DNA of 57,238 nt from a virus (Duplodnaviria; Caudoviricetes). Where the stretch lies: positions 1-57,238 of the IMG/VR virus record IMGVR_UViG_3300046167_000088; one strand, written 5' to 3'. Position 1 is the first letter of the stretch. The number at the start of each line of letters is the position of its first letter. Below are positions 35,957 to 46,503 of this stretch, one piece after another. The position numbers and the translations under genes were made by a program. The notes under the pieces are model-generated. The model worked only from the letters and a program-made list of their open reading frames with translations. It was not told the origin of the DNA and made no database searches.

Positions 35957-38629
35957 TTATGAAATCCTTACAAATAGAGTTGCAATTCTATGGTGGCTTG
36001 CTCGAGTATCATAACCACCACCCATTGACCTCCATGTACCTGATAATGAACCAGAAGTTATAGTTGCTCTACCTAAAGATGCCGTAGCTGTATTACCTGT
36101 AAAAGCCGCCAGTGCGGTAAGTGTACTTCCTGCAAAAGTAGTATTATGCGTCAGTGTATTACCCGAGGAGTCGTGTATGCCGTATACATAAGTACCAACA
36201 CCATTATATGCTGTACTACCGCCAACACCTGTTAGGTTAGAGCCATCGCCGTAATAAGCTGTAGCTGATACATTACCTGATACAACTAGTTTTTGGGTAG
36301 GACTTGACGTACCAATACCAACGTTGCCAGCGTTATTTACTACAAATAACCCTCCGCCTGTTGTATTAAAATAGTGTCCATTACCGCTTTTACCTTTGAA
36401 ATAGTTCCATGTACCATCAGCGCCAAGAGTAAATCTTTCTGTTTCACTAATTTGTATTCCAAAAGATTCTGTTCCACCATTAACAGTAAGTGTATTGTCA
36501 GGAGATGTTGTACCAATACCAACATTACCTCCTGTGTTAATTACCATTCTTACATTGTTAGCATCTGCAGCAAATTCAAGGCCGCCTTGACCACCAAGTC
36601 TTAGTTTAGGACTTGAACCACTATCCATTCTAGTGGCATTAAATGTCACTGTTCTTGATGAATTTGTATAGTTCGGTGAACCAGTAGTACCATCAACGGC
36701 GACATTCAATCCTACTTCTTCATTATATAATCTAAATATTCCACCATCGCTAGTTCCGTTATTAACACTTAATTGATACAAAGGATTAGTGTCACCAATA
36801 CCTACGTTGCCGTTACTTTTAAAGGTTGCTGAAACAACACCTCCATGTCTAATTCTAAAATTAGCATCTGAAGCCATATCAAGACTGCCTAGATTTGATG
36901 TTTTTCCTAGAACAAACCCCCCATTATCATTTTCAAATTTTACAATGTCAGATTGATTTCCAGAATGAACATGAAATTTCTTAGCTGGACTTGATTCCCC
37001 AATACCAACATTGCCTGATGAGTTTATTACTAGTCTGTCAGCACTTGCTTCAACGTCTCGAATAGTGAAACCACCATTTGTTACCCCTGTTGTGCCTTGA
37101 CCTAATTGAAAAGTGTCTGCATCTGAAGCCGTACCTGACAATCTTATTTGAGAAAGACCTGCTGAGTCGTGTACGTGTAGCTCTGTTTGTGGAGAACTCG
37201 TCCCAATACCAACTCGGCCTGATGAGTCGATGCGCATACGTTCTGTGCCAGCAGTAGAGATAGCAAGTGTGTTTGATGCAGGTCTCCATAAACCTGAGTC
37301 ATCATCACCACCAAATATTAGTGCAGGTGCTGATGCACTTCCTGTAGGGTCAATACTGACTAGCGAAGAACTTGCACGAATAGAGTTGTTTACATGAAGA
37401 GTATGCGTTGGAGAACTCGTCCCAATACCAACGTTACCTGTGTTCTGCTGAATACGAACCGCTTCACCTACGTTAGTAACCCAGAATTGAGCATCACCAG
37501 TTTGGTTGTATATACCACTGTTGTATATTCCATCAGCCGTCACTGTGCCTGTTACGTCAATACCTGTTGATGTTGTTTCAATCTTCTTTACGTTGTTATG
37601 GTAAAGTTCAACAGCACCATCAGCTATACCTTTCATATAGGTTTCACCAGTGTATTTACCAATAACTGTGTTGTTACCTCTAATATAAAGCCAACCAGAA
37701 CCTTTTTCATCAATAAAAGCATCAGTGCCAGTACGATACACTTCTAAGTCACTATTAAAGATAGCCTTGTTGTTGTTACCGAATGATAAGTTACCTGTAA
37801 GTGTACCACCTGCTAAGGGTAGCTTGGCGGCAATGTTGGTAGCTGTTGTTGTAGCAAAGTTAGGATCATCACCTAAAGCAGCAGCTAATTCATTAAGCGT
37901 ATCAAGTGTTCCAGGTGCAGAGTCAACAATATTAGCTACGGCTGTATCAGCATAACTTGTATAGTATGATCCATGTTGTCCATCTAAAGTATCAGCATTA
38001 ATGTTTAACGCATCAATGTCAGACTTAGTTTGATCTGCAGTAGCACCAGACTCTATAGCGTTAAGCTTAGTGTGGTCTGCATCTGTAAATACGTTACTGT
38101 CAGTAGCAGACTCAACAAGTGTCCTAATCTCTGCGGCTGTTTGGTCAGCAGTAGCACTCGCTTCAATAGCGTTTAACTTAGTGTGATCCGCATCTGTAAA
38201 CACATTACTGTCTGTTGCGGCTTCTACAGCTGCTCTTATCTCTGCATTAGTTTGATCACCTGTAGCGCCTGACTCAATACCGTCTAGCTTAGTACCGTCT
38301 GCAGCAATGTCTCTGCCATCTACTGTGCCAGATACAGCTATATTGTTATTCACAGTTAAGTCATCAAATGTACCAGAAGCTACATCAAAAGCATTATATG
38401 CTACCACTTCTATAACATCATTTACTGCTGCACCTGTTGCTAATACAACGTCTGAACCATTTGTTGCTGTAAAGTCGGAGCTATGTAATTTGATGCCATT
38501 TAAGTAGACATCTAAAAAGTTTGGCGTATATCCACTCGTAGGAAAGCTAGTTTGACCAGCAGTCGCTATAAAGCTATCCCGTGTTTGAGTAGCTTGAGGT
38601 ACTAGTATGTTTCCTATGTAACCTGACAT
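35957..38629 (-). CDS. Long tail fibre
   Basis: AP.TLDTL.ELA.ALGDD.NFATT; repeated GNVGIGT.SP units. Confidence 0.8.
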   Translation of the reverse strand: MSGYIGNILVPQATQTRDSFIATAGQTSFPTSGYTPNFLDVYLNGIKLHSSDFTATNGSDVVLATGAAVNDVIEVVAYNAFDVASGTFDDLTVNNNIAVSGTVDGRDIAADGTKLDGIESGATGDQTNAEIRAAVEAATDSNVFTDADHTKLNAIEASATADQTAAEIRTLVESATDSNVFTDADHTKLNAIESGATADQTKSDIDALNINADTLDGQHGSYYTSYADTAVANIVDSAPGTLDTLNELAAALGDDPNFATTTATNIAAKLPLAGGTLTGNLSFGNNNKAIFNSDLEVYRTGTDAFIDEKGSGWLYIRGNNTVIGKYTGETYMKGIADGAVELYHNNVKKIETTSTGIDVTGTVTADGIYNSGIYNQTGDAQFWVTNVGEAVRIQQNTGNVGIGTSSPTHTLHVNNSIRASSSLVSIDPTGSASAPALIFGGDDDSGLWRPASNTLAISTAGTERMRIDSSGRVGIGTSSPQTELHVHDSAGLSQIRLSGTASDADTFQLGQGTTGVTNGGFTIRDVEASADRLVINSSGNVGIGESSPAKKFHVHSGNQSDIVKFENDNGGFVLGKTSNLGSLDMASDANFRIRHGGVVSATFKSNGNVGIGDTNPLYQLSVNNGTSDGGIFRLYNEEVGLNVAVDGTTGSPNYTNSSRTVTFNATRMDSGSSPKLRLGGQGGLEFAADANNVRMVINTGGNVGIGTTSPDNTLTVNGGTESFGIQISETERFTLGADGTWNYFKGKSGNGHYFNTTGGGLFVVNNAGNVGIGTSSPTQKLVVSGNVSATAYYGDGSNLTGVGGSTAYNGVGTYVYGIHDSSGNTLTHNTTFAGSTLTALAAFTGNTATASLGRATITSGSLSGTWRSMGGGYDTRASHHRIATLFVRIS

Positions 38630-38643
38630 TTATTTATCCTATT

Positions 38644-38709
38644 CTAGGCTGTAATTATTGCGTTTAGGGATTTTGCGTTACGCACTTTTGTTATTGTTAC
38701 TTGTGGCAT
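38644..38709 (-). pseudogene. Truncated copy of the fibre chaperone gene (35511-35930)
   Basis: MPQVTITKVRNAKSLNA versus MPQVTITEVRNAQSLNA; near-identical RBS region; stop after 21 codons. Confidence 0.85.
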
Positions 38710-38735
38710 AAACGTCTCCTATTTTTTAGTCTTGT

Positions 38736-39788
38736 TCAAGAGATTCTTACATAAATAGAGACTGACGTACTATGCCCAGTGTAATTTATAGTACCATTGT
38801 ATATACCGCCATGCCCCATTATTTGCCAAGTTCCGCTTGGGGAAGTCTGACCAGCACCATAATTCGAGCCGCTGGACTCAAATGTGTTTGCGTATAAAAG
38901 ACCTGACCCTGCTCTAGTAGAGCCTACAGTAAAGTTTGCAGGACTTCCAGTATGTTTTAATAAAGCATAAGAACCAACAGTTCCATAAGATGTTGAAGGT
39001 GTACCTGCTGGGCCAGTAGCACCTTGAGGTCCAGTTGCACCAGTTGGCCCTTGCGAACCAGTATTACCTTGTGGCCCTTGGGGACCAGTTGCTCCCTGTG
39101 GTCCTGTAGCGCCAGTATTACCTGTAGGGCCTTGTGATCCAGTAGAACCTTGTGATCCAGTAGAACCTTGAGGTCCAGTATTACCAATAGGGCCTTGTGG
39201 ACCTGTTGCACCAGTAGCACCGTCATTACCGTCATTACCGTCTGCACCTGCAACACCTTGAGGACCAGTATTACCAATAGGGCCTTGTGGACCAGTAGCA
39301 CCCGTTGCTCCATCGTTACCATCAGATCCTGCTGCTCCTGTAGCGCCTTGCGGTCCAGTAGCACCTGTAGCGCCATCATTACCGTCTGCACCTGCAGATC
39401 CTGTAGCGCCTTGCGGTCCAGTCGCACCCTGTGGACCTGTGTTGCCAATAGGTCCTTGCGATCCTGTAGCACCAGTAGGGCCTTGTAAAGCTGCATTAGT
39501 TATAGTTGCTTTTTTCCATGTTGTAGAAGTAGCGTCATAAACAGGTATTATATCAGAACTTGTTAAACTTGTTTCAGTAGATAAGCCTGTTAATGCAGAA
39601 GGTAATGCCGTACTAGTTACGTCAGCCCCTGATGAAACAGAGTTTAGCTTTACATGATCTGCATCAGTAAAGGCATTACTATTAGAAGCATTCTCTATAA
39701 GTGTTCTGATTTCTGCTGCTGTTTGGTCGTCTGTAGCAGTAGCCTGTACAGTGTTAACCAGATTAGCTAAGTCTCTTGATCTACTCAT
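38736..39788 (-). CDS. Collagen-like fibre protein
   Basis: Long uninterrupted Gly-X-Y tract; C-terminal tip similar to that of 35957-38629. Confidence 0.85.
   Translation of the reverse strand: MSRSRDLANLVNTVQATATDDQTAAEIRTLIENASNSNAFTDADHVKLNSVSSGADVTSTALPSALTGLSTETSLTSSDIIPVYDATSTTWKKATITNAALQGPTGATGSQGPIGNTGPQGATGPQGATGSAGADGNDGATGATGPQGATGAAGSDGNDGATGATGPQGPIGNTGPQGVAGADGNDGNDGATGATGPQGPIGNTGPQGSTGSQGSTGSQGPTGNTGATGPQGATGPQGPQGNTGSQGPTGATGPQGATGPAGTPSTSYGTVGSYALLKHTGSPANFTVGSTRAGSGLLYANTFESSGSNYGAGQTSPSGTWQIMGHGGIYNGTINYTGHSTSVSIYVRIS
39004..39483 (-). repeat. Collagen Gly-X-Y coding repeats
   Basis: GATGPQ, GNTGPQ and GADGND units. Confidence 0.9.
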
Positions 39789-40130
39789 TTATACAGCGTC
39801 CCAACTTGTTGTCTCTTCGTTCCATGTATGCATCTCTCCATTAGAAGGTTCTGCTACAGGAGCTTCCCAAAGATATGTTGATGTATTTAATGTCCATGAA
39901 GGGTATGGCTGTGGTTCATAAAAAGCATCAGCTTCACTGTCATATATAAATCCAATACCAGCATAATTATATCTTAAAGGAGTACCATCAGGGTGTTGCC
40001 CTCCATAAGTGTTGTACGATGTTTTTACAAACATACCTGTAGAATCGTGAATATATGTATCAATAAAGTCTTGTTCTGCTACAATGACTTGCTTGACAAC
40101 TCCATAATCTACTAATGCGTAATGCCCCAT
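39789..40130 (-). CDS. Conserved fibre-partner protein
   Basis: TSYNT.GG...R.NYAGIG..YD...DAF..PQPYPSW motif; follows a Gly-rich fibre. Confidence 0.7.
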   Translation of the reverse strand: MGHYALVDYGVVKQVIVAEQDFIDTYIHDSTGMFVKTSYNTYGGQHPDGTPLRYNYAGIGFIYDSEADAFYEPQPYPSWTLNTSTYLWEAPVAEPSNGEMHTWNEETTSWDAV

Positions 40131-40155
40131 TTGTATATTTCCTTATTATATTTAA

Positions 40156-42267
40156 TTAGAACTGGTATCTAAATATTACTATGCCAGAACCACCACTAGA
40201 GCCTTTTTGATTTCCAGCACCACCTGCTCCACCGCCACTACCAGTATTAGTTACACCTGCAACAGACGCAGTACTTGTGGCGTTATTACCAGCATTACCG
40301 CCTCCACCAGTACCACCTGTCCCTGGAGAGTCTCCTATACTATCCCAAGCTCCACCACCGCCTCCAGCGGCATAGCGTCCTCCTGATCCTGTAGATGTAG
40401 CAGTTGCCCAAGTAGAATACCCTGATTTACCAATACCCCCATTACCACCACTAGATAAAGAAGCTGTACCACCAGTACCACCTGCTCCACCGCCACCTCC
40501 GCCGTTTTTAGCATTACCACCATTATCTAAACCATTACCGCCACTATTACCTTGACCTGATGTCCCAGAGCCAGCCGCATTACTGTTACTAGAAAGATGA
40601 CCATTACCGCCACCTCCACTACCCCCTGAGTAGGCGTTGCTATATGGCGCACCACCTCTACCTCCACCTATGGCTGTTGTAAAGTTTGTCACTGTTGTAT
40701 TACTGCCACTAATATGTCCACTATCGGATTGGGACATACTACCACCACCACCAATAACAACATTATATGAACCAGCGGCTAGTGTTGTTGAACCAGATAC
40801 AAAACCCCCTGCTCCACCACCACCGCCGTGGTTGTTACCACCTGCTCCACCGCCAGCAACAATAAAGTAGTCCATAGCTTTGCTATCCGTTGCTGTGAAT
40901 GTACCTGAGCTTGTAAAAACATGGTATTTATACCCACCACTATTAAATGTAGAACCCCCTAAAGCGATAAACTTAGTTATAAGTTTTACCCAAGCACCAT
41001 CAGCGTAGGCATAAATCTCATCATCAGTAGTGTTATAATAGATATGTCCATCAGAAGGACTAGATGGGTTAGACGATGCATTAGGCAATCTCATCTTAGA
41101 GTTAAAAGTTACATCACCAGTAAAAGTACCGCCACCAAATGGATTACCGCTAGGACCTGTTGCACCTTGGGGACCAGTAGCTCCTTGGCTACCTGTAGCA
41201 CCAGTATTACCAGTAGGCCCTTGAGGACCAGTAGCGCCCTGTGGACCTGTTGCTCCTTGCGGTCCCGTAGCACCAGTAGCGCCATCATCGCCATCAGCAC
41301 CAGCAGGTCCTGTTGCACCTTGAGGACCTGTGTTACCTATAGGACCCTGTGGTCCTGTCGCTCCATCAGCACCTGCAGGGCCTGTTGCACCTGTAGCACC
41401 CGTTGCGCCAGTAGAACCTTGTAATGCAGCATTAGTTATAGTCTGCTTCTCCCATGTACCTGCTGAAGCATCATATACGGGTATAAAGTCTCCACCTACA
41501 GCGTCTGTGCCTGTAGATAATGCAGTAAGAGCTGCTTTAACATTTGTTACGTCTGTAACATCTGCTGACGTCTCAATGCCATCTAGTTTAGTTTTAAGAG
41601 TGCTAGTAAAGTTCTTCTGTGTAAGACCACCATCACCTACTGTATAAGTAGTGTCTGTAAATACAGCGCCAGAGGGTACGTTTGTTAGAACTTGTGAATC
41701 ATCTACTTTACCTGCTAGAGCATTTGTCATAGTTGTAGAAAAGTTGGCGTCATCACCTAAAGCTGAAGCTAATTCGTTCAATGTGTTCAGGGCGGCAGGA
41801 GAAGAATCTACAAGGTTAGAAACTGCTGTATCTGCATAAGCTGTATAATAAGCACCGTGCTGACCATCTAGAGTGTCGGCGTCTACATTCAATGCGTCGA
41901 TATCCGCTTTAGTTTGATCAGCAGTTGCGCCTGTCTCAATGCCATCTAATTTAGAATGATCTGCATCTGTAAATGCGTTTGTATTAGAATTATTTTCATA
42001 AGCTGTTTTTATTTCAGCATCTGTTTGATCCGCCGTAGCACTTGCTTCAATACCGTCTAGCTTTGTGTGATCAGCATTTGTAAAGTTATTCTGGGAAAGC
42101 TCGCCATCTTGTATCGAATACGTTGTATCAGTAAATACAGCATTAGCAGGAACATCTGTAAGAACTTGACTGTCCTCTACTTTATCAGATACTTTACTAT
42201 CTACTTCAGTTTTACTATAACCGTCTACTTGGGTAACACCACCGTTACCGCCAATATAACCGCCCAT
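40156..42267 (-). CDS. Fibre protein with collagen segment and C-terminal glycine-rich domain
   Basis: Gly-X-Y tract; H.FTSSGTF...VAGGG.GG...GGSGIVI.RY. Confidence 0.8.
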   Translation of the reverse strand: MGGYIGGNGGVTQVDGYSKTEVDSKVSDKVEDSQVLTDVPANAVFTDTTYSIQDGELSQNNFTNADHTKLDGIEASATADQTDAEIKTAYENNSNTNAFTDADHSKLDGIETGATADQTKADIDALNVDADTLDGQHGAYYTAYADTAVSNLVDSSPAALNTLNELASALGDDANFSTTMTNALAGKVDDSQVLTNVPSGAVFTDTTYTVGDGGLTQKNFTSTLKTKLDGIETSADVTDVTNVKAALTALSTGTDAVGGDFIPVYDASAGTWEKQTITNAALQGSTGATGATGATGPAGADGATGPQGPIGNTGPQGATGPAGADGDDGATGATGPQGATGPQGATGPQGPTGNTGATGSQGATGPQGATGPSGNPFGGGTFTGDVTFNSKMRLPNASSNPSSPSDGHIYYNTTDDEIYAYADGAWVKLITKFIALGGSTFNSGGYKYHVFTSSGTFTATDSKAMDYFIVAGGGAGGNNHGGGGGAGGFVSGSTTLAAGSYNVVIGGGGSMSQSDSGHISGSNTTVTNFTTAIGGGRGGAPYSNAYSGGSGGGGNGHLSSNSNAAGSGTSGQGNSGGNGLDNGGNAKNGGGGGGAGGTGGTASLSSGGNGGIGKSGYSTWATATSTGSGGRYAAGGGGGAWDSIGDSPGTGGTGGGGNAGNNATSTASVAGVTNTGSGGGAGGAGNQKGSSGGSGIVIFRYQF

Positions 42268-42575
42268 TATGTCTGCTCCAGTACACTCACAATAACATCA
42301 CACGAAGAAGCTGTATCACTTGTTACAACTACAGTATCAGCTGCCTCTAATATAATTTTACCATCTAATACAGATAAAGCAGATCCTGATGGTATGGGTA
42401 CGCCTTTAGCTAAGTAAACACCTGCAGTTTGCACGTCTACGTTAATAGCTCCTGTTGTTTTATTTGCTAGGTTACAACCAATCATAACGGATGTAGTTGC
42501 ACTTGGTACTGTGTACGTAGTAGTAGCACTTGTACCAACATCTGCGCTTGTGTAGTTCTTAAATACGTTTGCCAT
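42267..42575 (-). CDS. Small beta-rich virion protein
   Basis: MAN.FKN...YTVP...KIILE..D; resembles 54717-55079. Confidence 0.65.
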   Translation of the reverse strand: MANVFKNYTSADVGTSATTTYTVPSATTSVMIGCNLANKTTGAINVDVQTAGVYLAKGVPIPSGSALSVLDGKIILEAADTVVVTSDTASSCDVIVSVLEQT

Positions 42576-42583
42576 TGTTTATA

Positions 42584-43687
42584 TCACCCCAATGCTATGC
42601 TTAATGCTAATGCACTTGCTTCTGCAGTAGCTAATATGGTGGCTTTGTTATCGCCTTCTAATGTTGCAGCATCTAGAGAACCTAAGTTTGATACGAAGGA
42701 TGATGTCACCCTTGCATCTATTGCTGAGTTTGCCCTTGCTGTAGTATAGTATAAGTTTGTACCCTCTGACAAGTCTGAAGTTGACTTAGCAGTAAATGCT
42801 GAGTTAAATCTCGCCTGTGTGTAATAGAGGTTTGTACCTTCTGATAAGTTACCAGTGTTCTTAGCAGAAAAAGCTGTATTGAATCTAGCATCTGTGTAGT
42901 ACAAGTTAGTACCTTCAGATAAGTCACTACTACTCTTAGCTGTAAATGCAGAGTTAAACCTGGCTTGAGTGTAGTAGAGATTAGAACCTTCAGCTAAGTC
43001 TCCAGTGTCATGATTGCTTAGAGATGAAACTGTTCCAGTGACGTTGCCTACAAGGTTAGTCGCTAGAGACTTATTCATAGCCCATCTGTCATTAGATGAG
43101 TCATACGTAAATGTAGCGTTAGCACCGTCTACTGTAAGCCCAGCGCCATTAGCTGCACCTGCATTAGCTGCACCCTGCGCTACTGTAATGTTTAGATCTG
43201 ACACAGATAGATTAGAAGAGTTTACTGTTGTAGTAGTACCGTCTACCTGTAAGTTACCTGCAACTATAAGTGTACCCGTATTGTCACCATGTGCAGCAGG
43301 GTCAATCGTGAATGAGGCAGGACCTCTGATGTAACCTGTTGTAACTATATTGCCTGTACTTAGTGCATCATTAGCGTCTAAGTAAACAGCCTTATCTGCA
43401 GGGAGTGTAATGAACACATCCTTAGTACCTGCACTAAAACTAACAGCACTATCGCTGTTGCTACTCTCTAGTATAGTTGTTCTTGTTAGTACACCTGTAT
43501 TATATGTACCTAGTCCTACTTCCCATTCGTCTGCATTACGGTGAGAAATAGCGTAGTATGTAGTATCACTGTTGGCAAGGGCAGAGCTAAAAGACTCAAA
43601 GCCTGTAACAGCGCCACCCAACGTAACAGCACCAGTGCCAGTAGTTGTAGCGGTTTCTTTTACTCTATCCTTGACAACGAGAGCCAT
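42584..43687 (-). CDS. Fibre/spike-associated virion protein
   Basis: DRVKET.TTTGTG...WEVG.GT N-terminus; C-terminal A.A..IALG. Confidence 0.7.
   Translation of the reverse strand: MALVVKDRVKETATTTGTGAVTLGGAVTGFESFSSALANSDTTYYAISHRNADEWEVGLGTYNTGVLTRTTILESSNSDSAVSFSAGTKDVFITLPADKAVYLDANDALSTGNIVTTGYIRGPASFTIDPAAHGDNTGTLIVAGNLQVDGTTTTVNSSNLSVSDLNITVAQGAANAGAANGAGLTVDGANATFTYDSSNDRWAMNKSLATNLVGNVTGTVSSLSNHDTGDLAEGSNLYYTQARFNSAFTAKSSSDLSEGTNLYYTDARFNTAFSAKNTGNLSEGTNLYYTQARFNSAFTAKSTSDLSEGTNLYYTTARANSAIDARVTSSFVSNLGSLDAATLEGDNKATILATAEASALALSIALG
42730..43005 (-). repeat. Four tandem 25-aa (75-bp) repeats
   Basis: DLSEGTNLYYT.ARFN.AF.AK unit. Confidence 0.85.
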
Positions 43688-43698
43688 AATATTGCTCC

Positions 43699-44136
43699 TT
43701 AAGCGATACGAATGATTGCGTTAGATGCGTCTGCTGTTGGGAACTGAACAACATAGTCACCATTTGTTGATGTCTTAGTTCCACCAAAGTCAATCACTGC
43801 TATAGCTTTGTTAGACTGTGATGTGTTGTAGATTATACATCCGTCTGCAGAAATAGTAGCAGAAGACCAAGTAGTGTCAGCAAAGTCAACAGTGGCAGTT
43901 GAACCTGATAGTGCAATAGTTGCACCTGTTAAAGTGTTTCCACCTGTAGTATAGTTAGTACCAGTAGCCTCATCTGAGTTACCTGTTACTGTACTGTAAT
44001 TAGCTGTAGATGCATTATAAGTACCCGATGGAGAGTTCTTAATAAGTGCTATCTTTAGTGTGTCTGTATCTAGATCGTGAACACCACCAAGTAACTCTTG
44101 CTTGAAGCTGTTGCACATCGCCGTTGTAATAGCCAT
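43699..44136 (-). CDS. Conserved virion structural protein
   Basis: A.C.SFK.ELL.G.H...KIAL...DFGG.K...FP.ADA.NAIIRI. Confidence 0.7.
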   Translation of the reverse strand: MAITTAMCNSFKQELLGGVHDLDTDTLKIALIKNSPSGTYNASTANYSTVTGNSDEATGTNYTTGGNTLTGATIALSGSTATVDFADTTWSSATISADGCIIYNTSQSNKAIAVIDFGGTKTSTNGDYVVQFPTADASNAIIRIA

Positions 44137-44166
44137 TGGTTATGTCCTTTATGAATATGAATGCAC

Positions 44167-44193
44167 AAAAGGGCCAGCACTAAAGCCAGCCCC
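44167..44193 (-). terminator. Rho-independent terminator after the capsid gene
   Basis: GGGCTGGC-loop-GCTGGCCC-TTTT on the - strand. Confidence 0.7.
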
Positions 44194-44209
44194 TAAGTTA
44201 ATCGTTATA

Positions 44210-45263
44210 TTAAGCAGCGTTGAACTTAGCTGTTACAATCGCTTCTGGGCGTAAGATCTTGCGTCCGTATAGATGCATCCCACGGCAGATGTCTGCAAAG
44301 CTATCTGGGTCACGGTATGTTTCCACTTTTGATAACTGTTCTGCAGTTGCGACTGCTGAGTCATGTCCAGCTACGATAACTCCGTAGTTAGCATTTTGGT
44401 TAGCAGAACCTGAAGTTCCTGCACCTGTACCAACTGCTGGTAAGTTGTTTGACTGATAAACACGGAAGCCGTGAATGTTTGCAGCCAATAAACCGTTCTG
44501 TAGTCCTGCACCACCGAAGTCTGCATTTAATAGGCGAGAATCCTCGTCTTTTAGCATCTCGATGAACACTGGGTCAAGAACGATCCATCTACCTCTAGTA
44601 TCAACATTTGCTACATCCATTGTACGAGACATACGTGCTAGTACTTGTAATGGTGTTGCAGTTGATGCTGAAACAGCAGTCGCACCTGTTAAGCGTGGTG
44701 CTAATGGGATCGAGTGATCACCTGCAGATGTAGTTGTGATGTTACCGAAGTCACCCTTTTTCAACTTGTTTGCAGCTAATAGTTCGTCTGATCCTGCAGC
44801 AGCTGTCTGCTTTAGTACCGTTTACTGTTGTGTTTACAGCGTTTGCAGTTGTGAAACCAGCTAAGTACTTAAGAACATCATTGTCCATTGAGTCAGCCAT
44901 TTTATATGCTGCACGGTCTGTTGAAAGACGCATGAAGTCTACGTGTGAATGTGCTTCTTCAATATCGTCCAATTTAAATGCAAAGTAGTTTGCTTTGTCG
45001 ATAGTTAGTTTAAAGTCTGCATCAACTAAATCTTGTGTTGACACTGCAGTACCACGAGCTAAAGAATTAACAGTGATGTCTGGCTCTTTAAGAATGCGCA
45101 CTGAGTCGCCTTGTCCAGAAATCTCACCAAAATAGTCAGAGTTTGTGATTGCAGATATAACAGCAGATTTTCTAAATGCTAACTGTGCTTGTTTCGAAAA
45201 GATCTCAGATGAGAAGTTTCCGTTGTTCAGGTTGGTATAACCTGATGCCTTTGTAAATGCCAT
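44210..45263 (-). CDS. Major capsid protein, split by one 1-bp insertion near 44803
   Basis: N.DY.GEI...GD.V.I, L.ID...YF.F..DDIE, RDPDSFAD..RG.HLYG.K; AGGAG RBS before ATG 45263. Confidence 0.85.
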
Positions 45264-45269
45264 AATAAT

Positions 45270-45465
45270 TTCTCCTATAGATATGACAGTTGGGGGAAGT
45301 AAAACATCATATCCACACAAGAGGCCAATACTTTTCTAGAGTATCTCTATTGCTAGATTTGCGGTCAAGCATTAAAGGGTCTATACTTTATCGGGTAGTT
45401 CTATTAGTGGTTAGTGCTTAAAGTTAAAGCATGTGCAGGTAGTTGATACCTAGCGCTGCACATAC
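45270..45465 (-). ncRNA. Putative structured 5' leader RNA of the capsid gene
   Basis: About 200-nt UTR with ATGTGCAG/CTGCACAT hairpin, a long irregular hairpin (45320-45402) and a GATATGA/TCATATC hairpin next to the RBS. Confidence 0.55.
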
Positions 45466-45497
45466 TATAGTTTTATCTATTAATGCCTTGGTGTCAA
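45466..45497 (-). promoter_or_regulatory. Capsid promoter
   Basis: TTGACA-N16-TAAAACTATA. Confidence 0.65.
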
Positions 45498-45504
45498 GTG
45501 TTTA

Positions 45505-46431
45505 TTAAGACATATCGTAGATAAACTTACCAGAGCGCATTGCACTCATGATTTCGTCTTGACGTTCCTCATATTCTTTGAGGGACATCTTTTTAACCAT
45601 TGACTCGCTTAACGTCTTGCTAGACTCTTCTGCGTCTACTACAGTGCGTCCACGAGTTTTAACTGAAGATGCTGCGCCTTTGTCTGCGCTGGGCTTCTTA
45701 GTTTTGATACCCTTGTCTAGCTTATACATATCTATAACACGGGCTACAGACTTAACGTCTTCAGAGTTTTCATACAGAGCATCCTGATAAACTTTAGGTT
45801 GAGTATCTACCCATGCATGAAAAGCATCGTCTGCTCTTATAGCTTCAAAGTCAGGATGTATTGCTACAAGTTGTGCTTCAGCTTTTTCTCTCTTAGCTGT
45901 AGAGCGTAACTCTTCTATCTCTTGTAGTCTCTCATCAAGATCAGAAGCTCTTTCGTTAGCCTTCTTTTCAGCTATGGCTTCAACTATACCTGCTACATCT
46001 GGGTACTTACTTGTCCATGCATCTATCTCTTCTTTAGACTTAGGAAGTACAAGCTCGTTCTTTGCGGCTTTTTCTAGTTGATCTTCTAGACGTTTTATCT
46101 GTGCTGCTTGCTTCTTTTCTGTTTCAGCCATGTGTCTTTGTATATCACCATAGCGTTTCTTGAAGCTCTTCTCTTCAGCACTTAACTCTGCATCATCTTC
46201 CGATGCTTTGGTTTCCTCTTTGGCTTCTTCTTGTTTGGTATCACTTGCATCCGATACTTCGGTTGCCTCAGATCCTTCGCCATTGGGTTCTTCTTCAGGG
46301 GTTTCATCACTAGCCTCTTCAGCTACATCGCCTTTTAGTAGTGCTTCTAGCTCCGCTTCTGCTTCTTTGATTTTAGCCTCGTTACGTTTGTGTGTATACG
46401 AGTGCATTGTCTCTTCAGTTAGTTGTGACAT
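45505..46431 (-). CDS. Capsid scaffolding protein
   Basis: Acidic N-terminus, coiled coil, KKRYGD, HPDF; immediately upstream of the capsid gene. Confidence 0.75.
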   Translation of the reverse strand: MSQLTEETMHSYTHKRNEAKIKEAEAELEALLKGDVAEEASDETPEEEPNGEGSEATEVSDASDTKQEEAKEETKASEDDAELSAEEKSFKKRYGDIQRHMAETEKKQAAQIKRLEDQLEKAAKNELVLPKSKEEIDAWTSKYPDVAGIVEAIAEKKANERASDLDERLQEIEELRSTAKREKAEAQLVAIHPDFEAIRADDAFHAWVDTQPKVYQDALYENSEDVKSVARVIDMYKLDKGIKTKKPSADKGAASSVKTRGRTVVDAEESSKTLSESMVKKMSLKEYEERQDEIMSAMRSGKFIYDMS

Positions 46432-46448
46432 ATTTAGTTCCTTATGTT

Positions 46449-46485
46449 GGGGTCAGCACGAATGCCGAGTATCCTTATAGTTATA
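46449..46485 (-). promoter_or_regulatory. TATAACTATA element plus UUCG hairpin leader of the scaffold gene
   Basis: TATAACTATA-A-GGATACTCGGCA-TTCG-TGCTGACCCC. Confidence 0.55.
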
Positions 46486-46503
46486 TGGTATTGTCGTTAT
46501 TGT

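Noticed and set aside
35957-39788. Diversity-generating retroelement or invertible fibre switch
   Set aside because: No reverse transcriptase or adjacent invertase; the fibre tips differ at all base types and the repeats are direct, not inverted
38957-41647. Alternative-frame ORFs and regular repeats in collagen regions as overlapping genes or CRISPR
   Set aside because: They are explained by Gly-X-Y codon periodicity; there is no constant repeat with unique spacers and no cas operon
44751-44820. Programmed frameshift in the major capsid gene (T7 10A/10B style)
   Set aside because: The break is mid-fold with no slippery heptamer, and similar 1-bp insertions hit the portal, MTase and HNH; sequencing error is more parsimonious
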